A DNA stretch of 64,000 bases from an uncultured Gammaproteobacteria bacterium (GTDB lineage Bacteria > Pseudomonadota > Gammaproteobacteria > UBA9214): positions 64,001-128,000 of the forward strand of contig CAWHCQ010000011.1 in assembly GCA_963827755.1 (NCBI GenBank), read 5' to 3'. Position 1 is the first letter of the stretch, and the number at the start of each line of letters is the position of its first letter. Below, piece after piece: positions 40,774 through 51,786 of this stretch. The notes below the pieces were generated by a model, which worked only from the letters and a program-made list of their open reading frames with translations, had not been told where the DNA came from and searched no databases. The position numbers and the translations under genes were made by a program.

Positions 40774-40874
40774 TCGTGACGGCGGAGTATTGGTTTCTGC
40801 AAATGTTCTTATGTTCAACAAGGCTGCATATGGCAACCGCACCGAACCATACAGCAAAATGTAGTCGATTGTAA

Positions 40875-41510
40875 TCATTCAACATTCTTCTGTTTATACT
40901 CACAAAGATCGAAGATGCAACAGGACCCGCAGCGTGGTTTTCGGGCGATACAGGTATAGCGTCCGTGCAGGATCAGCCAGTGGTGGGCATCCTGCCTGAA
41001 TTCATCCGGCACCAGGCGCAGCAGGCGCTGCTCGACTTCCAGGACGTTTTTGCCGGGCGCGATGCCGGTGCGGTTTGCAACCCGGAATATATGCGTGTCC
41101 ACGGCAATGGTCGGCTGGCCGAAGGCCGTGTTCAGGACGACGTTTGCCGTTTTGCGGCCAACACCGGGCAGGGCCTCCAGTGCAGCACGCTGTTGCGGTA
41201 CTTTTCCGGCGTGCTGTTCGACCAGGATTGCACAGGTCTTGATGATGTTTTTTGCCTTGGTGTTGAACAGCCCGATGGTCTTGATATGGTCCTTCAGGCC
41301 GGCCTCGCCCAGCTTCAGCATGGCAGCGGGTGTCTTCACTTTCCTGAACAGGGCCCGGGTTGCCTTGTTCACGCCGACATCCGTTGACTGGGCCGACAGC
41401 ATCACGGCAATCAGTAACTGGAACGGGTTAGCGTACTTGAGTTCCGTGGTCGGGTGGGGGTTTTCCGCGCGCAGGCGTGTGAAGATTTGCTGGCGTTTGC
41501 TGCGGTTCAC
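40875..41510 (-). CDS. nth: Endonuclease III
   Basis: LSAQ, LPGVGRKTA, VDTH and C-x6-C-x2-C-x5-C. Confidence 0.97.
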   Translation of the reverse strand: MNRSKRQQIFTRLRAENPHPTTELKYANPFQLLIAVMLSAQSTDVGVNKATRALFRKVKTPAAMLKLGEAGLKDHIKTIGLFNTKAKNIIKTCAILVEQHAGKVPQQRAALEALPGVGRKTANVVLNTAFGQPTIAVDTHIFRVANRTGIAPGKNVLEVEQRLLRLVPDEFRQDAHHWLILHGRYTCIARKPRCGSCCIFDLCEYKQKNVE

Positions 41511-41525
41511 TGCGCGCGGTCGGCC

Positions 41526-42215
41526 TCAGGCCCCGGCGGCCTGGATGGCCGTGGTATCGACCACCTCAAGCCTTGCCTGGCGACGCGCATTGATGACGTT
41601 CATGCCGGCAATCAAAAAACCCAGTCCCAGGAATGCGCCGGGCGGCAGGATGGCCAGCAGGAAACCACGGTAGTTGTCGATCACGGTCACCGTGAACTGG
41701 CGGCCGATCTCGCCGAACATGAGGTGTGCCTGTGACAGCAGGGTGCCCTGTCCAATGAGTTCGCGCAGTCCGCCGAGTGTCACCAGTACCAGGGTAAAGC
41801 CGATGCCCATGGCAACGGCGTCGAGCAGGGCCCGGTCCATGCTGTGCCGGGATGCGAACGATTCGGCGCGGCCAATAATGGCGCAGTTGGTAACGATCAG
41901 CGGAATGAAAATACCGAGAATCTTGTACAGGTCGTGCAGCCACGCATTCATGGCCAGTTCGATGATGGTGACGACCGATGCAATCACCAGCACGAACACC
42001 GGGATACGCACTTCAGGCCGGACCAGCTTGCGTATCAGGGAAACGATACCGTTGGAAAATACCAGTGTCAGCAGGGTCGCGAGCCCCAGGCCGAGGCCAT
42101 TGATGACCGAGGTGGTCACGGCCAGCAGCGGGCACAGACCCAGCAGCTGCACCAGGCCGGCATTGTTGGACCAGAGGCCGTCCTTGAGGATGCTTGAATA
42201 GGTCGGTGCATTCAT
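41526..42215 (-). CDS. rnfE: Rnf/Rsx complex subunit E
   Basis: LGLCPLLAV, IPLIVTNC, RAE and LPPGAF. Confidence 0.95.
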   Translation of the reverse strand: MNAPTYSSILKDGLWSNNAGLVQLLGLCPLLAVTTSVINGLGLGLATLLTLVFSNGIVSLIRKLVRPEVRIPVFVLVIASVVTIIELAMNAWLHDLYKILGIFIPLIVTNCAIIGRAESFASRHSMDRALLDAVAMGIGFTLVLVTLGGLRELIGQGTLLSQAHLMFGEIGRQFTVTVIDNYRGFLLAILPPGAFLGLGFLIAGMNVINARRQARLEVVDTTAIQAAGA

Positions 42216-42249
42216 TGTCTATTAGCCCGGTGTTCCGTGTAGCTGTTCC

Positions 42250-42359
42250 GACGGGTACGCTGCGCTTTACCCGTCCTGCGAAGCGCCCGAAACCGTAGGA
42301 TGGGTAAAGGCCAAAGGCCGTACCCATCAAGACGGGTACGCTGCGCTTTACCTGCCCTG
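42250..42359. repeat. REP cluster, family A, 3 copies
   Basis: Copies at 42250-42279, 42295-42328 (inverted) and 42331-42359. Confidence 0.9.
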
Positions 42360-43001
42360 TTCATTGCCTGTCGCGGATGCCTGTTTTCCGGCTGCAAGCA
42401 GTGTCTCCTGGTGCTGGCGATAGTATAACAGCGCATTGCGCACCGCCTGTACCACGGCGCGCGGGGTGATGGTCGCGCCGGTGAGCTGGTCGAAGTCGCC
42501 GCCGTCTTTCCTGACTTTCCAGCGATCCACCGGCGGCTGCTCCAGCGAGCGGCCGGTAAACCCGAGGATCCAGTCAGAGCGATCCTCGTCGATGGCGTCG
42601 CCGAGGCCGGGGGTTTCCCGGTGGGCCACTGCACGGACACCGCTGAGCGTGCCGTCTGTATTGATGCCGACCAGCAATTTTATCGAGCCGCTATAGCCAT
42701 CCGGGGCAATCGGCGCGATGACGAGGGCAACGGCCTTGCCGGCCTTTCTGGCACGGTAGACCATGACTGGCTCAGCGCTGCCGAGCAGCTTCTGGTCACG
42801 TACCTCGATGGCGTCATCAAGCAGGATATTGTCATGCCGGTCGGGTGGAACCAGGCGGTGCAGTTTGCGCAGCAGGGTGGCGCGCTCATTGGCGGCAATC
42901 CGTTCGCGGGTGTTATCAAATGTAAAGGACACCAGCCCGGTACCGATGACCGCGAATATCAGCAGGATAATAGTGGTGATGATGATCTGGCGATAATTCA
43001 T
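42348..43001 (-). CDS. rnfG: Rnf/Rsx complex subunit G
   Basis: APDGYSG, HRETPGLG and FMN site TGATIT. Confidence 0.95.
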   Translation of the reverse strand: MNYRQIIITTIILLIFAVIGTGLVSFTFDNTRERIAANERATLLRKLHRLVPPDRHDNILLDDAIEVRDQKLLGSAEPVMVYRARKAGKAVALVIAPIAPDGYSGSIKLLVGINTDGTLSGVRAVAHRETPGLGDAIDEDRSDWILGFTGRSLEQPPVDRWKVRKDGGDFDQLTGATITPRAVVQAVRNALLYYRQHQETLLAAGKQASATGNEQGR

Positions 43002-44023
43002 GGCTTGTCATCGTGGCCGTAGACGACAGGCCGGGTGTAGTAATCGATGGTCGGAGCTGCCATGTTCATCAGCAGGACGGCAAAGGCAACGCCGTCGGGG
43101 TATCCGCCCCAGGTACGGATGATGTAGGTCAGCAAGCCGATGCCGGCCGCGTAGTAGATGCGACCGCGCGGTGTGGTGCTGGCAGAGACCGGGTCGGTTG
43201 CAATAAAAAAGGCCCCGAGCATCGCGGCCCCGCTGAACAGGTGAAACAGGGGTGTAGAATAGATGTCCGGGTTGATGACATGGAACAGCAGGGCGATCAC
43301 AGCCAGTGCGCCGAGCATGCCTGCCGGGATCTGCCACTGGATGACCCTTTGCTGTAACAGCCACAGGCCACCGAGCAGGAACCATGTATTGATCCACTCC
43401 CAGCCGGCACCGGCAAACAGGCCGAACAGCGGCCCACCCCTGATTTCGGTGAGTGTCTCGCTAAGACCGATCCGGGTCTTGATTGTGTCCATGGGCGTGG
43501 CCATGGTGATGGCATCGAGTGACAGACCGACCGGCAGCTGGCCGGTAAACACAAGGGAAAGTGTCTCCAACAGCTGCAGGGACTCACCGACCGGTGTCCA
43601 CAGGGTCAGTTCCAGCGGGAATGAAACAAGCAGGACGACATAACCGGCCATGGCCGGGTTGAAGGGGTTATAGCCGAGCCCGCCGTAGAGTTGCTTGGCA
43701 ATGACGATGGCAAACAGGCTGCCGATAACCGGTATCCACCAGGGGGCAAGCGGTGGCAGCGCCAGTGCAAGCAGCACACCGGTCAACAGCGCGCTGCAAT
43801 CCAGCAGTGCCGGTTTGACCGGGCGCCTGCGCAGCATCAGCATGCCGGCCTCTGCCGCGATTGCAGCCAGTGCTGCAAGCAGGATGTTGATCAATATGCC
43901 CCAGCCGAACATCCAGAAGGCGCAGGCGGTGCCGGGTATCAGGGCAAGCAGGACGCGTTGCATCATCGCGGCTACGCTTTCGGCAACCGGCAGGTGAGGT
44001 GAGCTGTAGGTCCTGAATTCCAT
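42998..44023 (-). CDS. rnfD: Rnf/Rsx complex subunit D
   Basis: SSPH, KQLYGGLG.NPFNPA, TMATP and FFIATDP. Confidence 0.95.
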   Translation of the reverse strand: MEFRTYSSPHLPVAESVAAMMQRVLLALIPGTACAFWMFGWGILINILLAALAAIAAEAGMLMLRRRPVKPALLDCSALLTGVLLALALPPLAPWWIPVIGSLFAIVIAKQLYGGLGYNPFNPAMAGYVVLLVSFPLELTLWTPVGESLQLLETLSLVFTGQLPVGLSLDAITMATPMDTIKTRIGLSETLTEIRGGPLFGLFAGAGWEWINTWFLLGGLWLLQQRVIQWQIPAGMLGALAVIALLFHVINPDIYSTPLFHLFSGAAMLGAFFIATDPVSASTTPRGRIYYAAGIGLLTYIIRTWGGYPDGVAFAVLLMNMAAPTIDYYTRPVVYGHDDKP

Positions 44024-45681
44024 CAGTCGGATGAGTTGCCCTGTCGTCTTTTATCGGCTGCATCGATGAGATGTTGCTGTTCGGGTGTCAGGTTGTCGAT
44101 GTTTCTCGGTGTAACCTCCGCCGCTGCCTTTTTTTGTTTGACGCGTTCCAGGGCGGCTTCAATGGCAGCCTTCTTGGCAGCGTTGCCGTCATCTTTCGAG
44201 AGCGCCTGTTTTTTGCGGGACTGCCGCTCGGCGCGTTCCTGCTTGATGCGCGCAAGCCTTGCCAGGCGCGCTTCGTGCCGCTGACGGGCGATGTCGGATG
44301 CCTTCTTCTGCTCCTCCTGCGACCAGATTTCGGTCTTCGCATGGCGGTAATACTGAACCAGCGGAATATGGCTCGGGCACACGTAGGCGCAGCAGCCACA
44401 CTCGATGCAGTCAAACAGGTCATAGTCCTGGGCGGCATCATGATTGCCGCTGCGCGTATACCAGTACAACTGTTGCGGCAGCAGGTCCGCGGGGCAGACC
44501 TCGGTGCATTTTCCGCAGCGTATGCATGGCTGCTCGAGTGGCGGCGCGGGCATTTCCTCGTGCGTGACCGCAAGAATGCAGTTGGTAGTCTTGACAACAG
44601 GGACGCTGTCCGTTGCCACCGCGTAACCCATCATCGGTCCGCCGATCAGCAGGCGTTCAATAGACTTTGTATAACCGCCGCAGCTGTTGACGAGGTGGCT
44701 GACCGGCGTACCCAGCAGTGCTTCGACATTGCGCGGGCTTGCGATGCCTTGCCCGGCAACGGTAACGATACGTGACAGCAGGGGCCGGTTCCTGGCAACG
44801 CTGTTGTAAATGGCGGCAGCCGTACCGACATTCTGGCAGATGACGCCAATATCCACCGGCAGACCCTGGCTCGGAACTTCGCGATTGGTCAATACCTTGA
44901 TCAACTGGCGTTCACCGCCGGTCGGGTAAATGTCGGGAACACGGACGACGCGGATAGCGGTTGCATTGCCTTTGTCGAGTACCGCGTCCAGCGCACGTCC
45001 GGCCTCGAGCATATGGTTTTCGATTGCAATGATGCAGCTATCCGCCTTGATGATGTGTTGTAAAATCCTGGTCCCTTCGATGACTTCTTCGGCCCGTTCC
45101 TGCAGCAAACGGTTGTCACAGGAAATATACGGTTCGCATTCGGCACCGTTGATCAATAGCAGGTCGATGTTGTAGCGCGCACCTGCAAGTTTGACCGGCG
45201 TCGGAAAGCCCGCACCGCCAAGGCCGACGATGCCTGACTGGCGGATCTGCGTGCACAGTGATGCCGGATCAATCGATGTGTAATCAAGCGCCGGCGCCGG
45301 GAGGTTCCCGCCACTGGTCCTTGCCGTCGGTTGCAATGATGATGCACGGGGCCTGCAAACCAGACGGGTGGGGAACGGGCCGGGGCTCTACCGCGATAAC
45401 CGTCCCGGAACTCGGAGGCATGGATGGGTGCGCTGACGGCACCGACCGGCTGCGCAACAGGCTGGCCCTTGTAGACGTAGTCACCGGTCTTCACCAGCGC
45501 ACTCGGCCGGTGTGCCGATATGTTGCAGCAGGGGCAATACCAGCTGCCCCGGAATGGTGACGGGCGCAATCGGCGTGGTAGATGTAACAGACTGTTTACT
45601 ATCGAGTTTCAGGCCACCATGAAACCTGTAGAGGCGCCCGTGGCCCGGCACTTTCACGCTGCTGGCGGCCGGGTCAGGCAT
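44023..45681 (-). CDS. rnfC: Rnf/Rsx complex subunit C (about three frameshifts in 45300-45520)
   Basis: [28 protein letters not shown] and two 4Fe-4S motifs; N-terminus split over ORFs 45481-45738, 45153-45569 and 45284-45484. Confidence 0.92.
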
Positions 45682-46234
45682 GCCGCTTGATATCGACGGG
45701 GTCACTGCCCGGTTTTGGCCATTTCCAGTCGAGCACACCGGTTTTCACCGGGACGATGTGTATGCATTCAACCGGGCAGGGCGCGATGCAGAGATCGCAG
45801 CCGGTACATTCTTTTTCGATCACGGTATGCATCTGTTTGGCGGCACCGAGTATTGCGTCAACGGGGCAGGCCTGGATACAGAGTGTGCAACCGATGCACA
45901 CTTCCTCGTCAATGACGACAACGGTTTTCTCTGCGTGTACACCATGCTCCGGATTCAGTGGTTTCGCATCCCTGCCAAGCAAGTCAGCCAGCGCCTGGAT
46001 GGTAATTTCTCCGCCTGGCGGGCACTGGTTGATGTCCGCTTCACCGGCGGCGATTGCTTCTGCGTAGGGCCGGCAGCCGGGGTAGGTGCATTGTCCGCAT
46101 TGTGTTTGCGGCAACAGTGCATCTATGCGGTCAACAACCGGGTCACTCTTTACTCGAAAACGAATCGCCGCATAAGCGAGTACCAGGCCAATCAGCAGGG
46201 CCAGGCTTCCCAATGCAAGTATTGCGGTCAACAT
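45674..46234 (-). CDS. rnfB: Rnf/Rsx complex subunit B
   Basis: [18 protein letters not shown] and two ferredoxin motifs. Confidence 0.95.
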   Translation of the reverse strand: MLTAILALGSLALLIGLVLAYAAIRFRVKSDPVVDRIDALLPQTQCGQCTYPGCRPYAEAIAAGEADINQCPPGGEITIQALADLLGRDAKPLNPEHGVHAEKTVVVIDEEVCIGCTLCIQACPVDAILGAAKQMHTVIEKECTGCDLCIAPCPVECIHIVPVKTGVLDWKWPKPGSDPVDIKRHA

Positions 46235-46274
46235 CGTTGTGAATAATGGCCGGGCAGATTGTTAACCGCCCGAC

Positions 46275-46856
46275 TCAAGCTTTTATCAGGCCCGAGAAGC
46301 CCATGAACGCAAGCGACATCAGGCCCGCGGTTATCAGCGCAATTGCCGAACCGCGAAACGGAAGCGGTACATCCGCAGCCATGACGCGTTCGCGAATGGC
46401 GGAAAACAGGATCAGCACCATGGAGAATCCAACAGCGGCGCCAAAGCCATACACGGCCGACTCCAGAAAGTTGAGTTGTTGCTGAACGTTGAGTAATGCG
46501 ACACCGAGTACCGCGCAGTTCGTGGTGATCAGGGGCAGGAAAATACCCAGCACCTTGTAGAGCAGCGGGCTGGTCTTGTGCACCACCATTTCCGTGAACT
46601 GTACAACGGCAGCGATCATCAGGATGAAGGTAATGGTGCGCAGGTATTCGAGTCCCAGCGGCACCAGCAGGTATTCATTTGCCAGGTAACTGCAGATCGA
46701 AGACAGCGTCAGTACGAAGGTGGTGGCCAGTGCCATGCCGGTGGCGGTATCGACATTGCGCGACACGCCCATGAACGGACACAGCCCGAGGAAGCGCACC
46801 AGCACAAAGTTATTGACCAGGATGGTGCTGACAAGAATGAGGGCTATCTCTGTCAT
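46275..46856 (-). CDS. rnfA: Rnf/Rsx complex subunit A
   Basis: [14 protein letters not shown] and [12 protein letters not shown]. Confidence 0.95.
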   Translation of the reverse strand: MTEIALILVSTILVNNFVLVRFLGLCPFMGVSRNVDTATGMALATTFVLTLSSICSYLANEYLLVPLGLEYLRTITFILMIAAVVQFTEMVVHKTSPLLYKVLGIFLPLITTNCAVLGVALLNVQQQLNFLESAVYGFGAAVGFSMVLILFSAIRERVMAADVPLPFRGSAIALITAGLMSLAFMGFSGLIKA

Positions 46857-46878
46857 TTAATTCAGTCGGTTACGATAC

Positions 46879-48915
46879 TTACTTAACGCGCATTCCGGGC
46901 TCTGCACCGGCATCGGGATGCAGGATGAACAGTTCATCACCACCGGCACCGGCCGCCAGCACCATGCCCTCCGACAGGCCGAAACGCATCTTGCGCGGGG
47001 CAAGGTTGGCCACCATGACCGTCAGTTTTCCTTCCAGTGACTCCGGTGTGTAGGCCGACTTTATACCGGCAAACACATTGCGGGTTTCGCCGCCGAGATC
47101 GAGCGTCAGTTGCAGCAGCCTGTCGGCGCCCTCGACGTGCTCGGCCTTCTCGATGCGTACAATACGCAGGTCAAGTTTTGCAAAGTCATCGTAGTTGATC
47201 GTCTCTGCAATCGGGTCGTCTTTTAACGGACCCTCTGCGGCGGCCGTGTTGTCCCGGGCGTTGCCAAGACTGTCTTTGGAATCTTCCAGCATGGCCTTGA
47301 TTTTCTCCTCTTCAACGCGGGTCATGAGCGGTTTGAACTTGTTGATGGTGTGGGCAGTCAATGGCGTGCCGATCGCATCCCATGTCATGGCCGGTATATT
47401 CAGAAATGTTTCTGCTTCACTTGCCATCTGCGGCAGGACCGGCTGCAGGTACGTCATCAGAACCCTGAACAGGTTCAGTCCAACCGTGCATGTTTCCTGA
47501 AGTTCGTTTTCCCTTCCCGCTTGCTTGGCAATAACCCAGGGCTTCTTCTCGTCAATGTACTGGTTTGCAAAATCTGCAAGCGCCATGATTTCCCGAATAG
47601 CGGTACTGAACTTGCGGCCATCGAAGTTCACGGCGATCGCATCACCCGCAAGCAGGAAAGTTTCATACAGGTCCGGTTCGGTGAAGCGGTCTGACAGCTT
47701 GCCTGCAAAACGTTTTGTGATAAAACCGGCACAGCGGCTCGCAATGTTGACAACCTTGCCAACGAGGTCGCTGTTAACGCGCGCGGCAAAATCTTCCAGG
47801 TTAAGGTCGATGTCATCGACACCGCTGCCGAGCTTCGCTGCAAAATAGTAACGCAGGTATTCCGGGTTCAGGTGGTCGAGATAACTGCGCGCCTTTATGA
47901 AGGTGCCGCGTGACTTGGACATTTTCTGTCCGTCAACGGTAAGAAAACCGTGGGCGAATACCGCGGTCGGGGTACGCATGCCGGCGCCGGACAGCATGGC
48001 CGGCCAGAACAGGGCGTGGAAGTAGATGATGTCCTTGCCGATGAAGTGGTACAGCTCCGCCGTGCTGTTTTTGCCCCAAAAGTCATCAAAATTCCGGCCC
48101 GAGCGGTCGCACAGGTGTTTGAAGCTGGCCATGTAGCCGATGGGGGCGTCCAGCCAGACATAAAAGTACTTGTCTTCGGTGCCGGGGATGCGAAAACCGA
48201 AATAGGGCTCGTCGCGGGAAATATCCCACTCGCGCAGGCCTTCCTCGAACCACTCGCCCAGCTTGTTGCTGACCTCGTCCTGCAGGTGTCCTGCCCGGGT
48301 CCAGTCACGCAGCATCGGCTCGAAATCGGCCAGTTTGAAGAAATAATGCAGTGAGTCCTTCTCGACAGGCGTGGCACCGGAGACGGCCGATTTCGCGTTC
48401 TTCAGCTCGGTGGGCGAGTAGGTCGCACCGCATACCTCGCAGTTATCGCCGTACTGGTCAGCGGCGCCGCAGCGCGGGCATTCACCCTTGATAAAGCGGT
48501 CCGGCAGAAACATCTGTTTTTCCGGGTCAAACGCCTGGGTAATGGTGCGCGTACTGATGTGACCGGCGGCCTGGTGGCGCCGGTAGACGAGTTCTGCGAG
48601 TTCGCGATTTTCGTCAGAATGGGTGCTGTGATAGTTGTCAAAGCCGATGTGAAAGCCTGCAAAATCGTCGCGGTGTTGCCGGCCGACGCTCTCGATCAGT
48701 TGTTCCGGGCTGATGCCTTCCTGCCGGGCGCGCAGCATGATCGGGGTGCCATGTGCATCATCGGCACAGACATAGAGACAGTCATGCCCGCGCAGCTTCT
48801 GGAAGCGCACCCAGATATCCGTCTGGATGTACTCCACCAGGTGGCCGAGGTGGATCGGCCCGTTGGCATAGGGCAGGGCGCTGGTGACCAGTATTGTGCG
48901 TTTTTCCTGACTCAT
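46879..48915 (-). CDS. metG: Methionine-tRNA ligase
   Basis: PYANG..HLGH, Zn knuckle, KMSKS and C-terminal tRNA-binding domain. Confidence 0.98.
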   Translation of the reverse strand: MSQEKRTILVTSALPYANGPIHLGHLVEYIQTDIWVRFQKLRGHDCLYVCADDAHGTPIMLRARQEGISPEQLIESVGRQHRDDFAGFHIGFDNYHSTHSDENRELAELVYRRHQAAGHISTRTITQAFDPEKQMFLPDRFIKGECPRCGAADQYGDNCEVCGATYSPTELKNAKSAVSGATPVEKDSLHYFFKLADFEPMLRDWTRAGHLQDEVSNKLGEWFEEGLREWDISRDEPYFGFRIPGTEDKYFYVWLDAPIGYMASFKHLCDRSGRNFDDFWGKNSTAELYHFIGKDIIYFHALFWPAMLSGAGMRTPTAVFAHGFLTVDGQKMSKSRGTFIKARSYLDHLNPEYLRYYFAAKLGSGVDDIDLNLEDFAARVNSDLVGKVVNIASRCAGFITKRFAGKLSDRFTEPDLYETFLLAGDAIAVNFDGRKFSTAIREIMALADFANQYIDEKKPWVIAKQAGRENELQETCTVGLNLFRVLMTYLQPVLPQMASEAETFLNIPAMTWDAIGTPLTAHTINKFKPLMTRVEEEKIKAMLEDSKDSLGNARDNTAAAEGPLKDDPIAETINYDDFAKLDLRIVRIEKAEHVEGADRLLQLTLDLGGETRNVFAGIKSAYTPESLEGKLTVMVANLAPRKMRFGLSEGMVLAAGAGGDELFILHPDAGAEPGMRVK

Positions 48916-49109
48916 GCGGCGGCGGCGGTATTAAAACCCTGAAACGAATGTGATTTATCGGTGCCAAGTATGCCATATACCCGTGAGCCATGGGGCATTA
49001 TGACGCACTGGCGGTGGGACGGTTCCACAAAGTTCGTGTACAATTCGCGGTCAATTTTCCCGCTCGGCAGGCTGCCCGGGTGACCGTTTTTTTGTGAAGG
49101 AGTGATTCG

Positions 49110-50201
49110 ATGGCTGAAGTAACCCAATCCCAGGTCGAAGAGAAGCTGGCGACCTATATCGATCCCTATCTGGAAAGGGACCTGGTCTCCACCAAGTGCG
49201 TGAAGGACATCAGCGTTGACGGCGACAGCGTATCGGTCAGTGTGGTGCTTGGCTTTCCCTCCAAAGGTTATCACGAGCAGCTGGGCGCGAAGCTGAAGGA
49301 ACTGCTCGAGTCCATCGATGGCATCAACAGTGCAAAGGTGGAGGTCAGCACAAAGATTTCCTCCCACTCTGCACAAAAGGGCGTCAAGCATATAGAAGGC
49401 ATCAAGAACATCATTGCCGTGGCGTCCGGAAAGGGCGGCGTCGGCAAGTCAACCACGGCCGTGAACCTGGCGCTGGCCCTGTCAGCCGAGGGTGCGAATG
49501 TCGGCATTCTCGACGCGGACATCTACGGCCCCAGCCAGCCGCGTATGCTCGGCATCAGTGGCAAACCGGAATCGCTGGACGGCAAGTCACTTGAACCGAT
49601 GAACAGTTACCACTTGCAGGCCATGTCGATCGGCTTCCTGGTGGACGAGGAAACGCCGATGATCTGGCGCGGCCCGATGGTGACCCAGGCACTGCAACAG
49701 CTGTTGAACGATACCAACTGGAAAGACCTCGACTACCTGATCGTCGATCTGCCGCCGGGTACCGGTGACATCCAGCTGACCCTGGCGCAGCAGGTTCCGG
49801 TCAGTGGCGCGGTGATTGTCACCACGCCCCAGGACATTGCCCTGCTGGATGCGCGCAAGGGCCTGAAGATGTTCGAGAAGGTGGAAGTCCCGGTGCTGGG
49901 TGTGATCGAGAACATGAGCATCCACATCTGCAGCGAATGCGGCCATGAAGAATATATCTTCGGCCAGGGCGGCGGTGAACGCATGTCGGAACAGAATAAT
50001 GCGGACTTCCTCGGCGCCCTGCCGCTGGATATACGCATTCGTGAAGAAACCGATGCCGGCAAGCCCACCGTCGTGGCGGACCCGGATGCCCGGATATCGC
50101 AGATCTATATGGAGATTGCGCGGCGCACTGCCGCCAAACTGTCGCTGAAGACGAAGGATTACGCGGCCCGGTTCCCGCAGATCGTTATTCAGAATGACTA
50201 A
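49110..50201 (+). CDS. apbC: Fe-S cluster carrier ApbC/Mrp
   Basis: GKGGVGKS, DADIYGPS, WRGPM, DLPPGTGD and ENMS..C..C. Confidence 0.96.
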   Translation: MAEVTQSQVEEKLATYIDPYLERDLVSTKCVKDISVDGDSVSVSVVLGFPSKGYHEQLGAKLKELLESIDGINSAKVEVSTKISSHSAQKGVKHIEGIKNIIAVASGKGGVGKSTTAVNLALALSAEGANVGILDADIYGPSQPRMLGISGKPESLDGKSLEPMNSYHLQAMSIGFLVDEETPMIWRGPMVTQALQQLLNDTNWKDLDYLIVDLPPGTGDIQLTLAQQVPVSGAVIVTTPQDIALLDARKGLKMFEKVEVPVLGVIENMSIHICSECGHEEYIFGQGGGERMSEQNNADFLGALPLDIRIREETDAGKPTVVADPDARISQIYMEIARRTAAKLSLKTKDYAARFPQIVIQND

Positions 50202-50226
50202 CGCACTACTGCCAATTCTCCGGAAC

Positions 50227-50308
50227 GCAGGATGGGTAAAGGCCGAAGGCCGTACCCGTCACTCAATACCATGATGGGTACGTCGCTGCGCTCCTTTACC
50301 CATCCTGC
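50227..50308. repeat. REP doublet, family A
   Basis: 50227-50260 facing 50273-50308. Confidence 0.88.
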
Positions 50309-50334
50309 TTGTGGCGCAGGACCGCGATAAGCTG

Positions 50335-50902
50335 ATGTCAATCAAAGCCGACAAGTGGATTCGGCGTATGGCCGAAGAGCACGGCATGATCGAGCCGTTC
50401 GAGTCCGGCCAGGTGCGTGAGAACGAGCAACGGGCGCATCGTCTCCTATGGTACATCCAGTTACGGTTACGATATCCGCTGCTCGGACGAATTCAAGATT
50501 TTTACCAATATCAACTCTGCCATCGTCGATCCGAAGAACTTCGACGACAACAGTTTTGTCGATGTGAAGTCGGATGTCTGCATCATCCCGCCGAACTCGT
50601 TTGCCCTTGCCCGTACGGTCGAGTATTTCCGTATCCCGCGTAACGTCCTGACGATCTGTCTTGGCAAGTCCACCTATGCCCGCTGCGGCATCATCGTCAA
50701 TGTCACGCCGTTCGAGCCGGAATGGGAAGGGCACGTGACACTGGAGTTTTCCAATACCACACCGTTGCCCGCGAAGATCTACGCCAACGAGGGTGTCGCG
50801 CAGGTATTGTTCCTGGAGTCCGACGAGGTCTGCGAGACCTCCTACAAGGACCGCGGCGGCAAGTACCAGGGGCAACGGGGCGTCACACTGCCGAAGACCT
50901 GA
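50335..50902 (+). CDS. dcd: dCTP deaminase (frameshift near 50425)
   Basis: [15 protein letters not shown], then in a shifted frame [19 protein letters not shown] and YQGQ. Confidence 0.95.
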
Positions 50903-51005
50903 GCGGGCCCCTGGCTGCCGGGATTTCCTGTCTGTTGTTTGTTATTTGCGCGCCTGCGCAGTAGTCCCCGGGGCCGTGCAGGCAGCGCCCCGGCAACCCC
51001 GACCG

Positions 51006-51398
51006 TTAGGGCCGGATTCCGTAGTCCCTGGCGATAGGCTCGAATCTTGCGACAAACTCGGTTGGCGCCAGGGTCATGTTGAGACTTGTATCACCCGACG
51101 CGGTTAGATAGCAATTTACCGCATCTTCAAGAGACGAATAATGCACCAGGTATTCGGTTTGTTGTTGACCGAGCTCGACTCCAAGCTTGTCTGACCAGCG
51201 ATAAATCCAGGCCTTTGTGTGACCAAAATAGGTTAGATGGTCTGCATCATAGAATTTTGGAATGTATGACACGCAGAGTTTTGCCAGCTGCTGACTCTTT
51301 ACGGTGCAATCATTCGCGGGTACTTCAGGTTGAGACGCGACCGTTATCGTGACCAGGATGGCGAGGATGATGAAGAGTGCAGTTACCACCTTGTTCAT
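51006..51398 (-). CDS. Hypothetical exported protein
   Basis: 130 aa with signal peptide, upstream AGGAG, 3 Cys; AT-richer than the flanks. Confidence 0.65.
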   Translation of the reverse strand: MNKVVTALFIILAILVTITVASQPEVPANDCTVKSQQLAKLCVSYIPKFYDADHLTYFGHTKAWIYRWSDKLGVELGQQQTEYLVHYSSLEDAVNCYLTASGDTSLNMTLAPTEFVARFEPIARDYGIRP

Positions 51399-51786
51399 GA
51401 TGTCAGCTCCTGTTTATAAATCATGTCCGGCTGTGCCCTTGTACCTGGACAGCCGGGTGCTTCCGGCCCGGGCAGCACTGGTGGCTTTCTATTATGCCGG
51501 CCGTCCTCACACTGACTATGCATGGTCGCCGGTTATTATTCAAACAGGGCGGGCGGCTGTTGTGCGCGGTACCACCTGCCGGGTGTTGCCGTCGGTGTCA
51601 GGCGCGCGGCTGCCGCCAGTCAAACGGGGCTGGAGAAGCCTGCAGTGGAATGCCGGGTCGAGCGGGTTGCCAATGGCTGATGCCCGGTCGGGAGATTTCG
51701 AGTCGGGACATATCCGCCCCGGCTGCACTTGCAGCCTGTGGATGCGCAGAGCTCGGAAAGGCTGTTGCCAGCGGTGAAAGGCGGGA

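Noticed and set aside
50335-50902. Programmed frameshifting in dcd or other broken genes
   Set aside because: No slippery heptamer, and the window-wide indel pattern explains it.
50940-51015. attC integron site after the 51006 gene (CCCTAAC at the stop)
   Set aside because: No matching GTTRRRY at a suitable distance and no integrase; it looks like a simple hairpin.
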